From Owenia fusiformis (taxonomy: Eukaryota), in NCBI GenBank assembly GCA_903813345.2, contig CAIIXF020000001.1, positions 3,720,001 through 3,784,000 of the forward strand: 64,000 bases of DNA, written 5' to 3'. Of the stretch, positions 56,756 through 64,000 are shown piece after piece (the stretch's first letter is position 1; every line of letters starts with the position of its first letter). The notes below the pieces were generated by a model. It was not told where the DNA came from. It did no database searches and was given only the letters and a program-made list of their open reading frames with translations. A program made the translations under genes and the position numbers.

Positions 56756-59700
56756 CACATTTCTGAACATGCACCTGTTGTACACCAGTCTGCCTGCTTC
56801 CCATACTCCCATGTGACATATTTCGATTTGTGGGATTAGTTCGTTGATCACGTCCAACGGCATAATCTGGTATAACTAGTGGTTCACTGTTTGAACTGTA
56901 TCTATCACCACTTGATAAAGTCGATTGAGAATGGTTGGAATTTTTAGCATTAAGTTGTGTAATCTGGGGAGTCATTTCAACAGATTTGCGAGGTGAAGGG
57001 ATAGCATATCGTGATAAGCGCTGGATAATCTCAGCATAACGCGATTCAAGATCTGCATGAATACCTGATCCTCCATGACCCCCTATACCTGCAAATATAA
57101 TCAATTATTGTGTTCAGAATATGTTAGTGTGTGTCTACAGAAAAACAGAAAATCGAGTAAAACCAGTGGATACTGAATATCCTTTGTGGAAATACTAAAT
57201 GAAAACACATTGCTCACATTCACTGAATAAATCAGACATAATTTTATTCCATTCGTATTTATTATTCAAAGTCACACATAACAAAATGTCAGCATAATAG
57301 GATGATGACATCACTCATATTGGCATTCATGCTAGTCAAACCCCAATTATCCATGTGTGTATGTGCAAAGTGATTCTTTAAGGAAGAAATTAGTTAAATA
57401 TGACACATTAACTCCACATATTTGGACATCCATTCCCAAACAAGGCATGAACATGACAAAATATCACCACCTAATTGGTCACAATATTGTGAGTTCAAAT
57501 CTGAAGTCAGATTTGAACATCTGAGAACTTTTAGATGAAGCAAGTCATTTTGAAGCAAGTTGAAAAACACTTTTTGACGTTTCTTTACCTTGGGAAGGTC
57601 ATCGAAGGTCATATTTGAATTTTTGAGAACTTGAAGATAATTTTGAAAAACATTGGTCAATTTTAAGCAAATTGAACAGAGACCTCTTTGACATTGAGAA
57701 GGTCATTGAAGGTCAAATCTGAAATCAATCTGACTTGTAGATGATTTTGAAAAAACAATTGGTCAAATTGAAGCAAGTTGAAGACCTTTTTTGACCTTGA
57801 GAAGGTCATTGAAGGTAAAATCTCAGATGTAAAGGCAGATTTGAACTTCTGAAAATTTGTGAATGATTTTGAAAAACACTGAATCAGTTAAACAGAGCTT
57901 GTTAAGTTATTGGAAGTTGTACGAATTTGTGACAGAAGCAAGATACCAGACGCCACCCAACGTCACAAAAAATGGAGACCATAACAATATGTCACCACTT
58001 TTGGTGCTGATATAAAAATGTAAAGTCATTTGCACAAATAGGTCAAATAATATCAAACTAACTGTATACTTCTAAAAATTACTCTTATTCACTCATTATG
58101 CACCTCATATATCTCCTTAGATCTTCTTATATACATGTATCTTTAACTATTGAGACCTTATACTATTGTCAGTGGTAGAATCAGACTAAATATAAAGTAG
58201 TATAGTGCATGTAACTTGGCCTACCTTTCATATCTACATAGACCAGCTGAGAAAAGACAAGGGACATGCCACCTGGTGGGGGCCAGGGGACTCTGTCAAA
58301 CATCACTGGAATGATAGCTTTATGTAGTAGATCTGCGAGACTCAGCTCTCTGTTGCAGTGATGGGACACTATGTACTTGGGGCTAACACATGCTATAACA
58401 ACCTAAAATAAAGTATAGAAAAATATTATTCAAAAGTTCCTCACAAAGAATTGCTAAAAAATGTTCTTGATTCGAAAAAATAGTAGTGTTTATAGACACT
58501 CTTATTCCTTAGAAATATTCTACCTTGTATGAATAAATATAACATTTTCAAATAAGAATATATGCATACATATAACGAAAATAGACATTTAATCAAGCAA
58601 CTGAAAAAAGTGATGCAAAATTAGTTCAACTTGTTTTGTGAGAGCAATTTTTTTATTTGCCAAGTGCACCAATAATTCATTATTTCAAATAAAAATCCTT
58701 GACTTCAATTAAAGACACATTTTACATGTAATCTACCTTTGCATTTCTTATGCCCTCATCAATTTTAGCGTTAAGTTGGTCTCCACCTCCCATTTGTCCA
58801 ATATCCATCCAGCAATTGTAGCCACTTTTCTCCAGTCGATCTCGCAATCCCGTCACCTCATCTTGGATGTCCCATTGGTAGCTGATAAACACCTGAGGGG
58901 GCTCAAGCTCTGCTTCTGCAACAAACCCAATGTTATTAGGGTATACAGTAAAACATATTATATCTGAACACCACTGGTGCCGGCAAAGAGTGTTCTGATT
59001 TTGATCCACACTACATTTAGTGCGAATAGTTTACACTTCCAATGAAAGTGGTTCTATACTTCTGGCTATTAAGGGACATAACCAATATAACACAATTATT
59101 AATAAAAAAAAAAAGTATATTTTATAAGTATATTTAGAAGAAAATCAGGAAATCAAATCTTCATTTACCTATTTTTGGGGATACTTTTAGGTTGTTAATG
59201 TTTCAAGAAATGTTGAATGTCTTACAATTGGTTAGGTTTGGGGCACAAATTAATAAAATCTCCTTAGAAACATATTGGACAAAATGAAAACTGGAATGAG
59301 AATAATGGGCCTAACCAACGTCAAAATGACTGTGATAACGTCAAAGCAATAATGACTGTCGTCAGAACAGTTCACAGTGTAATTTCAGGTCATTATCTCC
59401 AGAAATGAAAAGTTATATCTTATCCCCATTAACCAAAAGTTTTCAAAAGTTGATTGTATAATTTGTATATATTCATTGATTTCTTGAAATTGTCTTTTTA
59501 TTGTGTGTGTAGTTTTCTTCTTTACCAAACAGAGGAATGAGTGGGGGGTAATTGGAGACACATTAGATAAAACACATTTGAATTTTTAAACAACAAAATT
59601 TGGACTTTTTTATTTACTTTTAAATATATTCAGACTTTGTAGAGCTCAGAAAATGAGCCTTGTCTGTAAATTTCCTGAACTACTCTATTAGTAACTTATA

Positions 59701-62700
59701 AAAAAATTATACATATACAAATGTATTACAAATATTTTCTTAAAATCTAATTACCTCTTCCTTTTTGAATAATCTCCACGATGTCATCGCGAAACATTTG
59801 CTCCAAGTAGGAAACCATCATATCAATGGAAAGTGATGTGTTTCCACTAGTTATTATCCAATCAGCAAGCAGCATTAGACCAGGGTTGAGATCATCGTTA
59901 AACTTGTCGATTTTGAACTTTTTATATCCTAAAAAATAACATTCTTTTTAAACTGTATTTTAAAGACACCTTCTTGAGTGAACTCATTAATAATAGAAAA
60001 GAAGATCAAGTGGACAGTTTTATACAAAATTATGACTTATGAAAGTGACTAATTAGTTAAACACATGCACATGTATAATTATGAGGTACAGGGGATAGTT
60101 GACGTATAATCCTTATAAGGTAAAATTCATTAATTTGATTATATTGAACAGAACGTAAACCCGCCATGTCATCTATAACAATTAATATTTATGTGTCACA
60201 TATACAAGATGTCCATAAAAAATCACACTGGTCCAGTTTCATACTTTTACATCTATCTACCAATTATCCTCATATTTGCAAACAACACATGATAGAGTCA
60301 TTATATTAGAATCTGCCACCAGAGATGATTGCTCAAGTATACATATACAATTTAATAAGGACTTCATTCATAAATCTTATATGGTCATTTTGATTTTGAT
60401 TTTGAATTTCTATCAGATTTGATCATACAGATAACATAATATATCAACTTTCCCAGACCCTTGTAATCTGATGGTTTAAGTGACTTTCTGTGAAAATGGC
60501 AATACAGAACTTGATATATTTAGGTTCTGGGAATTTCCAAGGACCAGGTATGAGGAAAACAATTAAGAAACCATCAAGTTACTTTATAAATATAAAACAA
60601 CATCTGACAACCCATTATTGAATAAATGGAAAAAAAATCATAATACTTTGCATTTAATGAAATTGATTCCTAAAGTAGAAATTAAGTAACTCATCTTTCT
60701 AAACAATACCTAGAAACATCATTTCGGTTTTGGAGGTAATACTAAGTTAATTGTAGACAGTAGAGAGTTCTTGAACACTCTGTACTTGAACATCAATGCA
60801 ATCATAATCCTAATTTGGCTGTAATCACGACGAGAAAATGTACGCTATTGATGCTATTGATGACGGTTGATAAATCAACTATTAACAACCTCAAACTAAT
60901 CTGCGTAATTATCTATCACAACCTGTCATTCATAATCATATGCAGTTTATTTAAAGCGAAAGAATTTATATATAGACCAAGGAACTAAAAATAATATTTC
61001 TCCATTTCAAGCGAGTTATTAGTATATGCGATGGTTGAAGACATGACTCACTTACAATAAATCATCTAATAATTGGGAACATAGCATACAATAATTAGGA
61101 CTCTTAAAAATGGTACTGAAGTAAGCAAGTCAACCTCCACATTGGAAAGTTGATTTTAAACTCCAGATATTTTAGGCTTAAGAAACTGAGATTTTATCTA
61201 AGTGTTGATCTATAACATTGAATTTCTCAAACTAACCTTCATATTATTAGTTATTATTATATCAAATTATTTAGGTCAACTAAAACAGCTTTAATTCAAA
61301 CTTGATTAAAAAGGATTGGAAAAACTCTTTTTTCTAATTGAAGGTCAACTGCAAGTTAAAATTAGAAGAAATATGATAACTTTATTTAGTGGGATAACTA
61401 ACAGACAGATGGCCTCTTATACAGAGACATAAAGATTAAATCAACAATGAAAATGCTCAATTTAACATGGACTTTAAATGTACATTGTAGTATAATCCCC
61501 CTTCTTCTCTTTTTTAATACATTTGTGGGGCTATTATGACCCTTGGTGACTCATGAATAGGTGACCTGAGGTCAAGGTCATTCCTAGGTCAAAAGTTAAT
61601 ATTTAGGTATTTGGTGATTTAAGGACTTTGGGGCTGCAGAGAAGCTTGGCTACACATGATTAGGTGACCTGAGGTCAAGGTCAATGTTCATGGTCAAGGT
61701 CATCTCAAGATCAAAGGTCAATATCTAAGTATTTGGCTTTTTAACGACCTTGAGGGCTGCTGTGACCCTTGGCGACCAATGATTTGGTGACCTGGGGTAA
61801 AGGTCTTTCCAAGGTCAAACGTCAATATCTAGATATTTGGCATTTGAAGACCCTTGAGACTTATGTGACCTTGAAGACCAATGATTGGGTGACCTGCGGT
61901 CAAGGTCATTCCAAGGTCAAAGGTCAATATCTAGGTATTTGGCATTTGAAGACACTGGAGGCTGCTGTGTCCTTGGTGACCCATGATTAGATGACCTGAG
62001 ATCAAGGGCGATGTTTATGGGTCTAGGTCATCTCAAGGTCAAAGATCAATATCTAAATATTTGGCGTTTTAACGACTTTAGGGGCTGATGCGACCCTTAG
62101 TGACCCATGATTGGGTCACCTAAGGACAAGGTCATTCCAAGGACAAACGTCAATATTTAGGTTTTTTGGCATTTGAAGACCCTGGGGCTGCAACCCTTGG
62201 AAACGCATGATTTGGTGACCTGAAGTCAAGATCAAGGTCTATGGGTCAAGGTCATCTCAAGGTCAAAGGTCAGTATCTATGTATTTGGTGTTTCAAGGAC
62301 CTTGAAGGATACTGTGACCCTTGTCATCTCAAGGTCAAGGGTAAATATCTAGATATTTGGCCTTTCAAGGCCTTTGGATAAGTTCACCTCAATACAAGAA
62401 TCAGTCTAGGTCAAACACTCAATAAACAGGTATTTAGCATTTTATGGGGGCTGTTGCCATGTGGGGCTGTTGTGACCCTTGGTGACTTGGATGGGTAGAT
62501 TGCTAGAAACCCTTTGCATTCGTTTGACTTCGCTTCTCAAAAGAGAGCTTCGTCTTTACTCTTTCAGTTTCCAATAAATCTTTGAACTCAAACAGCGAAT
62601 CAGAGATCGTTGTCAGATACAGAGAACTTTCTATATATGGTCATTTTCTCTGACATAATCGCATATTTATTGTGCACGCATTAAGCACTTGTTCTTCAAG

Positions 62701-63915
62701 CTCGCTGATTGGTTGAGAATAGGTTAGTGTGGTAGGTGTGAAATGATTTAAGACCAGTGCTATCACATGCATCAATCGTGGGGGCTGCTAAACTGTAATA
62801 TAGTCTATACTAGACAGAGGGTAGTTTTTAACTAGACTCTGCGTGCAGGGTAATTGCTTGTGTATATTAAAATGGAATTACTGCCTTCCTCATTAACGAG
62901 GGGTCAGAAAAAACTCCTTTGATCAGCAACAGAAATATCTGTAACCATGCCATTACCTAATTTCTTTGCCAATGCAGTCCAATCCTGGCCCTCAGATCCA
63001 CCATTTAACATCTTAGCAGCTCCTTTCACCCATGATGGCAGTTCAGGTCCTTTCGCTTCAATGTTCCCATCAGCCTCCTTTATAACTGTGTCGGGAATAA
63101 TTGGTCCTTCAGTCACTGAAATACATATGAAAGAAATATGTATAGACATATGATGTTATTAATCAGTTTCAAGTAATCAGGCAGTAGAAGTGGAATCTAT
63201 AATCAAGACACATAATCATAACCAGTTCATAAATCACACATTTCAATATCATTGTGAAGATAAATATGAGCTGCATCAATATTTCACTCCTTTCTGCCTA
63301 GTTTGAGATTGCATTTCTAAAGACTCAAGGTTTAATTACTGATAACATGTGGTTTTGAAAGATAATGGGACGTTGTTGAAGTAAACAATTATCTTGTTTA
63401 ATAGACCATCCATTTCAAATCAATCCATCAAGTAGTTGGATTGGAAGACAAGACAAAGCAGACAAGAATTTGGGAAGAAAAATCCAAAATGGCCACTTTA
63501 AAATCCACGCAACATACCAGTTTGCCCGGAAATACATTGTTAAATTATTACTTCCCTGTGTTAATGACCTCCAATCATAAGGTTCTATCTTCTATACTCT
63601 GTGTATGGACAGGCAAAGGAATAATCATCATTTTATAGCAACCAAAGAATCCTTAAACTTACCAATCGGAGAAGGTTCTGGAAACAATTTTCTATATGGT
63701 GCCGTCTTGATTCGCTTGTAATCGCAACATACAATCTTGTTTGCCAAACATTCATCCAGGTCCAAGAAATGTATACAGGAGATATCAGAGCATGAAATGC
63801 GTTTATGTTTGGTGCACTTCTTGTCACAGGTGCATTCTATGCAGGCTTTGTAAGATATCCTCCTCATCCACATTTCTTTCAGCTCAAAGAGAACACTATC
63901 TAGGAAATTTCGCAC
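56736..63915 (-). CDS. 3' part of a multidomain protein: Cys-rich COR-like region, Death domain, TIR domain, CaaX (CTIL); gene continues beyond right edge
   Basis: Exons 63915-63663, 63115-62957, 59928-59755, 58915-58737, 58402-58225 and 57088-56736 with consistent phases. Death-like DWTALAKKLGY...LLADW...YLEQMFRDDIVEII; TIR VFISYQWD...CWMDIGQMGGGDQL..KIDEGIR...VIACVSPKY..SHHCNRELSLA...IIPVMF; ends CAVCTIL*. The COR assignment is tentative. Confidence 0.85.
57275..58018 (-). mobile_element. Helentron/HINE-like element with GAAGGTCA-rich core repeats
   Basis: Tandem core repeats (TTGAGAAGGTCATTGAAGGTCAAATCT) at about 57540-57880; the end near 57930-58018 is shared with the 25478 copy. Confidence 0.55.
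61528..62490. repeat. Satellite-like tandem array of about 100- and 123-bp monomers rich in AGGTCA
   Basis: Roughly 8-9 copies of GGGCTG..GTGACCCTTGGTGACCCATGATT.GGTGACCTGAGGTCAAGGTCA..CAAGGTCAAAGGTCAATATCTAG.TATTTGGC; the long monomers carry an extra GGTCAAGGTCA block. Confidence 0.85.
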
Positions 63916-64000
63916 CTGTAAAATTCACCCAGAGGTCAATTACTCTAAAAATCATAAAGGTATGGATCCATCAAAAGTCAATTATTTTATTTTATTTAAA

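Noticed and set aside
56462-56863. ORFs with YLHSTRVLYTL or MEIQCVQYSGG repeats, and a CRISPR-like look of the 33-bp repeat
   Set aside because: Alternative frames of a head-to-tail minisatellite; no unique spacers, no cas genes, eukaryotic context.
56736-63115. MyD88 orthologue (Death+TIR)
   Set aside because: The Death domain is internal, preceded by further coding exons; the TIR lacks MyD88-type box motifs and the protein ends in CaaX.

Overview
AT-rich, intron-rich animal genomic DNA, most likely a lophotrochozoan such as a bivalve (inferred from repeat content, not proven). Five multi-exon genes were reconstructed by hand with consistent GT-AG junctions and reading phases: (1) the 5' part of TSEN34 (minus, runs off the left edge); (2) a complete class IA PI3K catalytic subunit of p110beta/delta type (plus, 23 coding exons, about 1068 aa); (3) a complete TMEM244-like membrane protein (minus, 146 aa); (4) a complete ATAD2 (plus, 25 coding exons, about 1539 aa), head-to-head with TMEM244; (5) the 3' part of a minus-strand gene encoding a Cys-rich COR-like region, a Death domain, a TIR domain and a C-terminal CaaX box. 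Introns and intergenic DNA are dense with non-autonomous mobile elements (hAT, Tc1/mariner/pogo, MuDR-like, Kolobok-like, Helentron/HINE-like, Crypton-like, a SINE, a candidate tRNA-bearing solo LTR). The most notable items are the putatively prenylated COR-Death-TIR protein that keeps the TIR catalytic Glu, an in-frame 33-bp VNTR that copies its CaaX+stop, a 5.9-kb TIR element with a nested 127/128-bp inverted repeat, a MITE inserted inside a PI3K splice donor, and two tRNA-derived Pol III cassettes carried by mobile elements. All family assignments come from motif recognition only; no database search was run.
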